Source: Thalia democratica (taxonomy: Eukaryota). Taken from it: a DNA stretch of 64,000 nt. Under the pieces are notes generated by a model that saw nothing but the letters and a program-made list of their open reading frames with translations, had not been told where the DNA came from and made no database searches. Every line of letters starts with the position of its first letter. Within the stretch, counting starts at the first letter, position 1. Positions 42,156 through 54,500 of the stretch are shown piece by piece. Position numbers and translations under genes: made by a program. The stretch lies in the NCBI GenBank assembly GCA_965202585.1, contig OZ241828.1:71424001-71488000 (forward strand), read 5' to 3'.

Positions 42156-43258
42156 TCAACCTGCTAAGCTTGTTTTTGTTTGTTATTGATAGAATTGTTA
42201 TTTTATTAAAAAAAAATAATGGAAGAACTTTAAAGCGGGTTCCAATAGGAAAAGTTTTTAGTTGTAATATTTTAAATATTTCGAGTGACTTTTAAAAAGT
42301 ACAAGTAAAGTCAAAAATAGTAAGTTGTTTAATAACTAGAATAAAAATAAAACGAAAAATTAAAGATCACGAGTCATAAAGTCAACACTACTTCTAAAAA
42401 CTGTATTTTTTATAACATATAATTTTTCTTAAAAACTATCTTGTAAAACATTTATCGAATATAAATAAATAAAACTTTGTTATCATTCTTGAATTTAGTT
42501 TAAGGTCTGCAATGTATTTTTTAGGTAAAATAAAAACTTTTTCTGCACCAAAAATACACTTTTATAACTAATAGCTTAAAATGTGATACTTATACAATTT
42601 GTGACTACATTTTACTTATAAAAAAACTATTTACTTACAATATTGATATTGTAGAGTTTTTTTTATACTAAACTGCCCTCTAAATCTTTTTTTACATGGC
42701 CAGTGGATTAAAAACCTTTCTCACATCTATGTTACTTATCTCTTTTCAAGAGTTTTTTATAAGTTTTTGTAAACATTTTAACTAAAGTTGTTGTTATTCA
42801 ACAGTAAAGGTTTCATAACAAAAGCTTAAACTCTACTCTAAACAATATAATACAAATAAACAATAAAAGAATACAAACTAACCATACCAACAACTGAGCA
42901 ACCTTTTTTTAGTACACAAAAACATTACGTTAATGTTTTTTGAAACAGAAGTTATTGAATATACACTTTATATATTAAGTCTTTATAAACGGTACCATAA
43001 TACTATAAACCAGTGGTATTCAACCTTTTTAAAATCTTTGTACACCAAACTACTGATTCTACTAAATTCTGTGCTCACTAGACAACAAAAAAGTATACAA
43101 AATTATATACAAAAATTAATATACTCATGTTTTGAGTGTCTTACTGTACAATAAATGTATTAAGAATTGGCTTAAATTATAATTTGCTTTTTATAAAAGA
43201 CAAAGACAAAATAAACGTCATTTGAAAAATATTTTTTTTTTTTCAAAGTGTTTTGCGT

Positions 43259-43392
43259 ACAGTAGAATAATTTATATGTACACTAGTGCGCACAGTAGAA
43301 TAATTTATATGTACACTAGTGTGCATAGTAGAACAATTTATATGTACACTAGTGTGCATAGTAGAACAATTTATATGTACACTAGTGTGCAC
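43259..43392. repeat. 33-bp minisatellite, about 4 copies
   Basis: Unit A(C/T)AGTAGAA(T/C)AATTTATATGTACACTAGTG(C/T)GC. It explains the MYTS(A/V)HSR(I/T)I repeats in ORF 43222..43407. Confidence 0.92.
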
Positions 43393-46300
43393 AGGTGCAC
43401 ACCGTGAATATCACTGCTTTAAATGATGCTTTATAGTGTAATTGATATTTTATAAATTTTTTAAATTTAATAGATAAACTTGTAATGGTATAAACTCAAT
43501 TACTTTTTTTTTTCGACCATATAAAGATTTTTCGACCATATTTTTTGTGTTGATTATGTACTGTGTTTAATCAACTACTTTTACAACGAATTTATATTCC
43601 TTTTAACATTTTTTAAAACTATATATTTTTTTATTTACAGTTTCAATAATTTTTATGTGAATGTATACCAGTAAATGAAATATTTAAAACTTCTACCTTT
43701 AAAGCCTTATCAGCTGTTGTAGTAAGTAGTTACAGTTTTGTTTTTTATTTCATTATTTAAATTCTAAAATTTCAAAATAATATAAATTTTGAAATTTAAC
43801 TGATTTAAAAAAATTATTAAATTTATTTACTTTCAACTATAATTTTCGGTAGGCAAAAATTTTTACTTGTTGAATAATTCTAAAAAATATTTCATGTTTT
43901 TTACTTAATCAATTATACAGTACAAAATAAGTTAATGAGACAGAGGTGCTTAATGAGACAGAACACAGTGGAAAAATTAGTTTTTATTTGGCAATTATCA
44001 TTAACAGTCATTTTTTAGTTATTGTAGTTTTTTGATAATTAAATCTGTTTTTAGTTATGGTTAAATAAAATAAACGGTTTTAATTATATTTTAGTTAAGT
44101 TTTTATAAAAAAGTATTGAAAACAAATTGAATTTAAACTTAAACAAGTTTCTTCCTTTCAAACAAAAACTTTGTTTATAAATTAATTATTACTTTGTGTA
44201 ATCAAATATATAAAAAGATTTAAGTAAAGATAGTTTTATATATTTTGTACAAGTTTGGCAAAAAAAGTTTAAAAGACGTGTTTAACTCAATCAAGTTTAT
44301 CATGATAGTTAAAAATCTTATGATTTAACTTTAAATTAATTTTTAACTTTAATATTTGTTTTCTTGTCATATTATAAGGTTATTAAAAAATTTAGCGTAC
44401 TTAATAATTTTTACAAGCAATTCTACGAACTCGAAATAAAAACTTATTTATTCAAACTTTTCTTGTAGCATTCTTATTTAATATTATAAACATCGCTTAA
44501 AAAATTTACTCAAGTTTAATCACCAACAAATACATTACACTAGTATACTAAAGATTGAATACCTTTATTCAAATGTTTGATTTGAATAGTAAAAAGTGAC
44601 ATAAAAATTGTTTACCACTGTTTTTAATTGAAACAAGTATTACATGATTTTTTCTTTAAACTTTTTTTTAAAGTTGATAATCAATCTTAAATAAAAGCAA
44701 ACCTCACTATAACGTTTACAATTCACACAAGCTAATTAAGTCAGTTTAAAATGTTACTTGTTTATTACACTTTGTACATGTATAAAAAGTTTATGGGAGT
44801 TTTACTTGTGAAATTTTTAAAATACCAAAAAACAAGAAGTTTTGTTTTTTTCCAAAACAATTAGAAAGTTAAAGTTAAAAGAATCAACTATAAACGTATT
44901 TCAATGTTTTCAAAATTAAAACATTTGAACAATGCAGCTTACTTAACAAAAAAATATGGTAGAAAAACTTAACTCATCAATCTCATTACGCAGGTAAAAC
45001 TGCCAATGAAAAATTGAAGGCGATTTTTCAAATACAAAGTTAATCTATTTCAAATAAATTTAATACTTTCTCGAAATGTAATTTCTGTTTAAAAATGTTC
45101 AAAAGTTATAATGTTTTAAAATTTTGTAAATTAGCTGTTTTGTTACCTTAGTTTTTTTAGTATCTTTTAAACAACTTTTTATAAGTTGAAAAAAACTTAA
45201 AACTTAATACATTACAGTCGTCATAGAGAGGTTACCTCACTTTTACATTTACCAAGTCTCTCATTGAAAAAAAATTAATGTTAAAATAAAACCTGATGTA
45301 CTCCGACAGAAATTTTCAAGCTTTTTATATGAAAAAACTTAGGGAAAAGCAGGTTGCAAACTGGTGTAGAAGCAGGTTTGCAGATTTATATTTAACACAC
45401 TTATGTTTTTAAAGACAAATAATCAAACAACTACTAAACAAACATTTTTTAACGAAAATTGTAGCTTATACAGAGAATAGGAAAAAGAACGCTGCTAAAA
45501 AAATAACTGAAAAAGGTGCTTTGAAGTTTATCTTAGGTAAGTCCGGCTCTTGATGCCAAATGTCCAAAACTGCTTGCAACACCATTTGAACTGTATGACG
45601 AAGGAATCTGTTCCAGGAAAAAAAAAACAGCGTTTTTAGAAATTTAAACAATATTTTTTGGTTTTCTTCCAAGTTTTTAAGGGACAATTCTTTTTATCAT
45701 AAGTAATAAAATTAGTGATCTACCGAATCCAAAAATTTTGTATTCGGCCAAATCCGAATCCGAATCTAAATTTCAAATTAGGGTTCAGCCGAATCCGGAT
45801 CCAAATCTCAATTTTGAAATTTTAATCCGGCCGAATCCGAGTCCGAATATTTTAATAATTGGAATCAGAAAGATTTAATCTGCTTGTTATGTAAGTACAA
45901 TATAAATTTATAAATAACAATTACGCAATATGTTATCACTTATTTCGTAAAAAAGTTTAAACAATATTTATAACGTGTTGATAAATAGATAATCTGTTTT
46001 AAAAGCGAACAAAAAAACGAATTTATTGCTTGATATACTGTTGGAAAAAAAAATTAAGCTACATACACAAAACTTAAGTTCAATATAATATTTTGATGTC
46101 CATGCAAGCAACATTAACAATTAAGTTGTACTTTCGTTATACATAGTAAATAAATTATAGACTTGAATAAATGCTTAAAGCAGAAAAAAAATCAGAAAAA
46201 AAGTTAAACTTTTTACGTTTAACTTAGAAGTTAGTTTAAATTGTGACCATAAACGAATTAGAACAAACTTTTGCAATTGTTCATATTTAAAAAACAAAGT

Positions 46301-46492
46301 GCAATCGAAAAAACATGGAGCCGTGATTAATATAATACCAATTGTTTTATTGTAGTAAACGCTTAAAAAAGAATATAAATTACAATTGTAATAAAAAAAA
46401 TTTAATTCCACTTAGTACCATTTTCCCATAACAAAACAAATATATAAAACGAACTACAATCTCAAAAGATGTCTCTGTTATACTACAAAAAA

Positions 46493-46940
46493 CTATTCTA
46501 GTTTTTTTATGTTGTGTTGGAGAAATAAAAGTTTTTATATCTTTGAAAGCAATCGATAGCGCTTTTGCTCGTACGATTTCCCAGCTTCAGAAAATAATCT
46601 TTCAGAATACACCGAAGATGGTGGTGCAGCAAGATATTACCTTGCAAAACTGGCAAGATGTGGGTATTTTGTCTTGTTCCAACAGTTTAAGACTTCATCC
46701 TCTTCAGTTTCTATTCAAAAATCCTGTAGCAAAAAAGCCCTTTACTTCTACTTTAATTTCTTTATCAATAGAATCTTGTTTCTCGTCCTCCTGTGTAGCT
46801 GTGTTTGATTCTACCTTAAACAAAGGATAGTAAGTTGAAAACTTCTTCGGATCAAAAATTACAGAGTTTTGTGTTTTTTTTTCCTCTGGTAGCAATATAG
46901 GAGAATCACCACCTTGATTAGCGTCGAACAGATATGCATT
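46493..46940 (-). pseudogene. hAT transposase C-terminal dimerisation domain remnant
   Basis: Reads EVLNCWNKTKYPHLASFAR*YLAAPPSSVYSERLFSEAGKSYEQKRYRLLSKI*KLLFLQHNIKKLE*. This carries the hAT W..K..YP.LA..A..YL..P.SSV.SERLFS.AG motif, with two in-frame stops and a frameshift upstream. Confidence 0.88.
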
Positions 46941-47193
46941 TTATCATTTAATTTTAGCTTTTCTAAAATTAAAAAAATAACTTTATGTTTCCTAGAGTAC
47001 CCTGAGTGTTTGGAAATCCTTGGTTGCTATAATTAATAAAAGCTAACGAACAAATTATTTAAAGATATACGGTTTTGTAAACTATACTTACGAACTAAAA
47101 CAGCATAAAATTAGCCAAATCATTTATTTAAAACTGTTTTATTTAAAGATATATTACTAATAAAGGTCTCCATTCTCCTCTTATTGCTAAAGA

Positions 47194-47567
47194 CAGGGTT
47201 GCCAAATGTTTTGGGCAAATGTTCTCCACCTTTTAAAAAATTCTTCCAGGTTTTCAAAAGTAAACATTTTTGGGTCTGTTTTTAGTTAAAGTTTAAGTTT
47301 TAAAACTGTGTTAAATTGTATAATAACATTGAAAAGGTACTGTAAAGCTACTTTAAAAGTGTGTTTTATTAAAAAAAAATTGTGATGACAAAAAACTTTT
47401 ATCTTTATGATAATTTTTTTTTGTCAAATCAAAACTTTACTACTTAACATGTAAAAATTATTTAAAATTTTACTTTTTTTAGCGATTTTTGTTCAAATTC
47501 CAGGTTTTTCCTGGATTTTTAGTCAAAATTTTCAAACTCCAGGGTTTCAGGTTTTTTGGCAACTATG
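47194..47567. mobile_element. MITE family A, copy 1 (CAGGGTTGCCA TIR), nested inside the hAT element
   Basis: CAGGGTTGCCA...TGGCAACTATG; colinear with copy 2 at 52214; flanks TAAAGA/TAACGA (5/6). Confidence 0.75.
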
Positions 47568-50500
47568 TAACGAGAATGATATAACTTTAATTGTTTTAAT
47601 ATTCTGTTTTCATAACAATCTTCCACTTAAAAAAATAGAGCACCAAATGAAATAATATTTATTACAAATTTGTGAGCTATGGATGTTGGTGGGCCAACAT
47701 CCAAAGTCTCAGTTGGATCTGGTTGATTGTCTGTGGGTAGATTGTCCACCTGATCTTTTGGTCCATGCTTTTCCTGTAGACCGGGTGACTTTCTAGCACT
47801 TTTGTGCTTAGGACCCTCGTCGGGCAGCTTGGTATTTGTATTTCATAAATTGGACATAAAAAGTATAAAATGCTTTTTCACTAACTTATTATAATGTATC
47901 AGTCAATTTTATATATCAGTACTAAAAACTATTCAGACTACTTCATATAAGTTAGGTAAAATAGTTTTGGTGGTGTGTCTACTATACAAAAGAACAACAC
48001 AACATTATTTATTTTTTTACTCAAAAAACATAAGCTGCTTTTAAATCTTTTATACATCACTAGGCAAACTTTTTTTGACGATATGTTGCACTATAGATTT
48101 TAAGCCTTATTTCTCATAACTGCGGTGAGCTCTAAATATTCTCTTAATATTCTGAGCTCAACAATGAACAATGCAAGTAGTTGCAGCAGTTCATTACAAG
48201 TTAATTAAGATTTTGTTACTAACGGTTTTTTTTTCTTAAGAACATTGTTTTCAAAAAAAATTTAAATCTTGGAAGTTATGACATATATGTTATACATTTA
48301 AATTATCAATTTAATAAATAATAAAATATTAACAAAAAGTATACAGCTATAAGTATGCAAGCATCTGCTTTAATGTTACGTATCTAAGTTGCATTTTTTT
48401 CTTTGTATAAATAATGCAGCAGTTCATTACAACGACTAAACATAAGAACTAAACATATGACGAATCAATAAGAACGGTTATCCAAAAAGCTGAAATTAAA
48501 CGCCTTAACTATGTACATAATTTTATTTAAGAGTCTAACAAAAATATCATATCTTAGTTTTTATACTGTGTGAAAAACTCTAAATCAAAATTAGTAAGGC
48601 TTTTATAAGTGCAAAAAAAAACATTTTTTATTCACTCAAGCGTGAAGTCTTTACCTAGTTTTACATTTTATTTAATTTTTGACAAACAATTAAGTAAAAT
48701 TCAAAAAGTTTAAAGTGGTCTACCGAATCCAAAACTTCAAATTTTTCCGAATCTTATTTTGAAATTTAGGATTCGGCCGAGTCCAAATTCGAGTCTCATT
48801 TTGAAATTAGGATTCGGCCGAATCCGATCTTGGATTTGGTAGATAACTAAATGAAATCTAAGATATAAAAAATAATTTAACAGTATGGAATTACTAGATA
48901 GATATTAAAATGTTACTATTAACTTATTTTGTAATAAGTAAAAAAACACTTTATACTATAGTTTTTTTTTGAAAATTAGTGAAATATTAACTTTGATAGA
49001 TTTTTTTTACAATGACTTTTATAAGATAGGGTCAGCATAACAATTTTGTGGTTATTCTACTGATACAGCTGAAGGAAAGTATACGGTTAATTGTAAAAGT
49101 AACAATAGCTTTATTTGTTTTAAAAAATTGTTTTATCATATCACACATTAATTGGCCTTCTTGAACTTAACATTGCATCAAAAAATTTAAAACAAATAAT
49201 GGTTAAGCTATTGTTGAACTGAAATACAAAAATAATAAATGCACATACTAAAAATTATTAAATAAAAAGTGTGTTTAGATTGTATAATTAAACTACTTGA
49301 GTGAGAATGTTTTTTTATTTTCTGTAAATTAATGCTCTGATTTAGAAAAAAATAATTTCAATATAAAGTTCTGAAATTTCCAACTAAATTTAGATAAATC
49401 TGAACATTTGCAATTTTTAAGCAAAAAGTATATGTTATTTCAAAATCTCTAAAAGTAAAAATTATTTATAAGTTTTTATACATGATATTTACTTTAAAAG
49501 GATAAATCTGATATAATTTAATGCTAGTTTCTTATTTATAACTAAGTAGTAATTTTTAAAAATAGCTACGCAGTTCTAATTTAATTTTTATCAGACAACA
49601 TCAAAATGCGTGTTATAGACACATTTTACTAAACAAAGATAAAATTACAAACAGTAAAGATTCAAAGTATTTATACATTGTACTTAATAACTTCTTAAAA
49701 ACATTTATTCGATAAAGAATATAGAAAACCACTATAGTTTGTATTTTAAGTAAGTAGAACAACAACTTTAAAATAAATTACATAAGTGAAAAACCGTTAA
49801 CGATAAAAAAGTATATTGAATTAGGAGGAAAAATATAAATTTTATAATAAACTAAAGACACATGCTTCTAATACTTTTTATTTAATAAGAAACAACACAA
49901 AGTAAATCTACTTAGTATTAAAATGATGGTATACTAAGAGATAACAATAGAAAGAAGTTCTTGACTTGAATAAATATCCAGACTTGAACAGATTCCACTA
50001 TTTATAGTATAGTCTTCAGTATTACCAAAAAGCTCTTTTACAATAACTAACTTTTTTCTTTAAACTCGTCACTTTTATAGATTAGATAAACTACCTTTTT
50101 TAATGCTCTTGAAAAACCTTATTTTTTGAATACTTAGTGTTAATAATCAGTTTTAACTTAAACTTAGGATAAAATAGTAGAATTAAATTTGATATGTTAA
50201 AAATACATACCCCATGTTTAATATAATACTTTTTTTCAGCTTATAAAAATCCGGAAGCTTTAGTTAAGTAATTTTTTGTAAAAGATTAAACAAAAACAAA
50301 CAAGTTAAAATATAAATTTAATTATAAACATAGGCCAAACGACTTTTATTTTCTAAATTATTCACTTACCGGACCAATATTGTTTTTATCATATAAATAT
50401 GCTAATAGGAAAACATAATACATGGATAACAAAAGTCACTGCTAAGTTGTAAATTTGAATGTCTTAATTTGTTAGACGTGAATAAATCGAAAAAGAAAAC

Positions 50501-51522
50501 ATTATTGAATGAAGTCTGTAGTTTTAGACCCGCGACGCATTTTTCTGCTCCAAAACAACTTAAGCAAAACAAATGAGATCGAGCTTTTTTTAAAATATAT
50601 TTGAAATGTGCTCTCAATTTAATTTTCAGTACACATAGTAATTATAAATGGTTGTTATTCCCGTTAGAATCATTACGTTTTAGATTTTTGTATTAAATTA
50701 TGTTTTCAAAGTTCTATAATTCGGTTTTCAAAATCAAACAGCCGGAGTATTTAACAAGCACAGTCAAGAAACTTTTCTGATAAACCTAGACCTTTGACTG
50801 GAAAAGTTCCGAAACCATTTTCAAGTTAGGTATATAAATTTTGCTCAAATTACTAAGTAAAAAGCTTGTTTTAATTTAATTGGTGAACTATAAATTAACA
50901 AAAGTTAGCTAGCTAAATAAAGTTTTTAAATTAACTTTATATTTTAAATATGTCAGTTTTAATATATATTAGTACTAAGACTTATATAAATATTTTTACA
51001 ATTTATTTTTTATTAGGACAACTAACTTTTTTTTATATCTATTTCATGTTAAGTTAAACTTAAAGGTAAAATGTTTAGGATGTACATCTAAAATTCAGTT
51101 TAAATAAATAATGTTGAACATTCAGCATAAAAATTTAACATAGTTTATGGATAAATTTAAATTGTTATAAATGTTTAAAAAATTAAAAAAGAACACAAGT
51201 ACTTGACTTGTATGATTTATTTAAAACTAAACGTTTGTGAAAATAGCTTAACAATAAGCAAATACACCAGGGTTCCAGTAACGTAAACGTTAATGATATA
51301 TAGAGGAAAAACTTAAACTTTTTAAACTGCGAAAACACATTTATAACGATTTTTATAACATAAAAGTGTATAACTTAAATCATATATACTCAAGTTTCAA
51401 ATTATCATAAACAACCTACAACCATAAAATACTACAAAAGTAACAATTCATGATTTAATTCAAAAAAGTCAACAAGAAGGCAAAAACGGAATGAAAAAAC
51501 TCAAAAATCGACTTTTTAATTT

Positions 51523-54500
51523 TCAGTACGTCACAGAGTCTAGCCAATCTTCTAAGTACTGCAAAAAAAGTAATTTATATTATCAAAAGTATTTGGCTAG
51601 TTGTGTTACAGAGACTTAGATATTTTTAGGTTATTAAAATTACAAACTACAGAACAAATTCCAATAAAAACAACTTTTAAATTAAACAAACAATGTAATT
51701 TTAAGTTACAAAAAATTTTTTCCAGTATATAAATTTTTAAAAATGTTAGTTAAACAAAACTCAAAAATATATGCATTAAGTTATTGATTACTTTAAAAAA
51801 TGTATAAGTGTAACATGTGAACATTTTTTACAGAGATTTAAACTTTTTGCAGTGCACAAAAACAAAATTAAATTGATAAAAATTAAAAGTTTATATACTA
51901 AAAAGCAAAACATGCCTCAACTTAAAGTATTTTTTTTAAATATGGTAAGATTAAAAAATTGAAACTTTTCTATTATTAATTTATTATTAATTATATACAT
52001 TAATTTATAGTTTTCATATTAATGACAAACCTGTGAATATTCAGCAGCTTTATCTATTTCTTCCTGATATATGTAGCACCCAGATGTTTCTATTAAAACC
52101 TAAAAAATATATAAACAATTATTATTTATATTATATTACTCATCATATTGTATTAAATATGTAAATACTATAGTTCTATGAATACTAAGTATCGCACAAA
52201 TTAAAACTAATATCAGGGTTGCCACTAGTTTTTTCAAAATTTTTACCAGATTTTTCAAATTTCTTCCAGGCTTTTAAAAGTACACACTTTTGGGTCTATT
52301 TTTAGTTTAAAGTTAAATTTAAGATAAGAAACTGTGTTAAATAGTACAAAAAGATTGAAATGATACTGTTAAGCTACTTAAAATGTGTTTTATAAAAAAA
52401 AATTTTGGTGATGACAAATTTTTTTAATCTATATGATAAATGTTTTTAGTCAAACCGAAATTTTATAACTGAAAATTTTAAAATTCTTAAAAATTCCAGG
52501 TTTTTTGTTCAAAATTCTGGGTTTTTTTTGCCTAAATTGTCAAATTTCAGGTTTTTCCAGGATTCCAGGTTAAGTGGCAACCCTGTAATATGATGAGAAG
52601 TAACATTTTTATAATCATTTTAATTTTGTATATAAAAAAAAAGTTTGGATTAAATTATTAAAACATTAAAAAAGCTTATTTCTTACCTTATTATTGAAAA
52701 TGAAGGTTCTACTTGGTCCTCTATTTTCTTGATTGGATTGTTCTTGCGGTAGAAGAATGGGTAGATTTGGACTTTTTTGAGAAAGATTTGAACTCTCTTG
52801 AGAAAGATTTGAACTCTCCATGGGAGTATTTAAAGATTCTGGAGAAACATTTAGACATTCTGATTGACTTAAGACTTCATACAAATTTAAAACCTCATTT
52901 TTATCAACTGTTTCCAACTTACTTAAAACAGCTGAGTTTTTACAACAACAACTTGAAAAAGCTTTACTGTCTTTGGAAATATCGATGGTTTCACTATAAG
53001 AAATATTCCAAGCAGTAACGTCGGATTGTTTTAAATATGGGACTTTTGGAGTTGATTGAGCCAGACATTTTATTCGACATTGAAAGTTTGATTCATCTTT
53101 ATCAGAACATTCGCTCTCAAAACTGTCAACAACAATGACTTTGTTTGCTTTTAATTCCTTCCCAAAAGGATTGGATTTGGCGGAAAACTTTGTTGGTGAC
53201 TGTTTCAGTTTGTAGTTTCTTACAGATTTCATTGGTAGAATGCCTGAATCTTTAGAAACTTCAGAAGAACTATCATTTTCAGAATCTGAAGATCTCCAAA
53301 GAAGATTGTAATCTGTGTGTTTGTTGTAAGAAATTTCCTCCTCAGAATCTGAATTCAGATACTCAGCAATTTCCGCCTTCAAACTCTGGTACTTAGAGTC
53401 CAGGTCTATTAAATTCTGCTGTCTTTGGTATGAAGTTTTAGCGCTTTTGAACCTTTCGAACAAAGATAGCTTCTTTGGAGATTTTACTAACTCGATTTCA
53501 GTTTTCTTTGAGTGTTTGAAACCGTTTAGTGGTGAAGAGTTGTTGAACCTTATTGAGCCATTTTGGCATTTAAGGTGCAACTTTTTTAAGTTTTTAGGCC
53601 TTTCTGAACACAAATTTTTTCTTTTGTTTTTATTCAATTTTACAGGTATTAAATTGATGTTATCATCTATGACTGGTGTCAATTCAACTGATTTATTAGA
53701 GAAATTATCATTTGTTGTTTGTAATCTGGACATTTTTCTAGGATAGACTTTAGAACTTAGGTATGGCTTAAGTTTTCTAGGACATAGATGTTCACTAACA
53801 ATATTTTTATGAATATCACCATTAACAGCTGAATTAAGATCAGAAGATGTTTTTCTGGATAGTACTTGAGCATTAGAACATTGCTCAATATTTTCAAAGC
53901 TTTTATTTTCAGAGACAGCTGTACTGTCACTAGTTCCTGAAGAACTGTCACTAACAACAGACTGATTGTCACTTGCAACTAATTTTTTGTCACTCACAAC
54001 AGACTTGTTTTCAATTGATTGCTTTTCAGTAGACTTTTTACCTATCAACTCAGGAACTGTAATTTCATGCATGACTGGTTTTTTCCATGAAGACTTGTTC
54101 AAATAAACTGGAACTTTTGCAATTGAAAACCTTTCCAACAAGTTCAATGGTTTCTGCAGCAAATTACCTGATGATTTCTGCTTCTTACTGCACGGTTCTG
54201 TTAATTTGATTTCCAGTGGCTTTCTTTTGATGGGTTGTGAAATTGATGCGTATTTGATATTGTGGCAGCCTTGAACCTATAATAAAAACACAAGTTAATT
54301 TGTTAAAATGAGTACTGTTAAAAATTTGTTTAAGTTATAAAAATTAACAGTTATTTTATATAAATTTTATTTCCTTTAAGAATCAATTACTATCAAGTTT
54401 AGGAGTCAAATTCATTTTTGATTAGAATTTTTGCTATTAGTTTTCTGAGAGATTTGATAACTAGTTCATATTAATTTTACTTTATTTGCGTACAATATAG

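Larger units (their letters stand above)
45713..48849 (-). mobile_element. Non-autonomous/decayed hAT DNA transposon
   Basis: TIRs TAGTGATCTACCGAATCCAA and TTGGATTTGGTAGATAACTA (18/20 complementary). 8-bp TSD AATAAAAT / AATGAAAT (7/8). Subterminal CCGAATCC/GGATTCGG repeats at both ends and an internal transposase remnant. Confidence 0.88.

Noticed and set aside
43259-43392. CRISPR array
   Set aside because: The 33-bp units are head-to-tail with no unique spacers, the context is eukaryotic, and there are no cas genes.
45466-45650. Plus-strand exon (ENRKKNAAKKITEKGALKFILG|GTAAGT) or transposase fragment
   Set aside because: It is isolated with no partner exons, and the resemblance to TE proteins is too weak to name.
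47690-47850. Coding exon or transposase N-terminus within the hAT (includes hairpin GGATGTTGG-TGGG-CCAACATCC)
   Set aside because: Two minus frames are open for about 55 aa, but neither has a recognisable motif or good splice sites.
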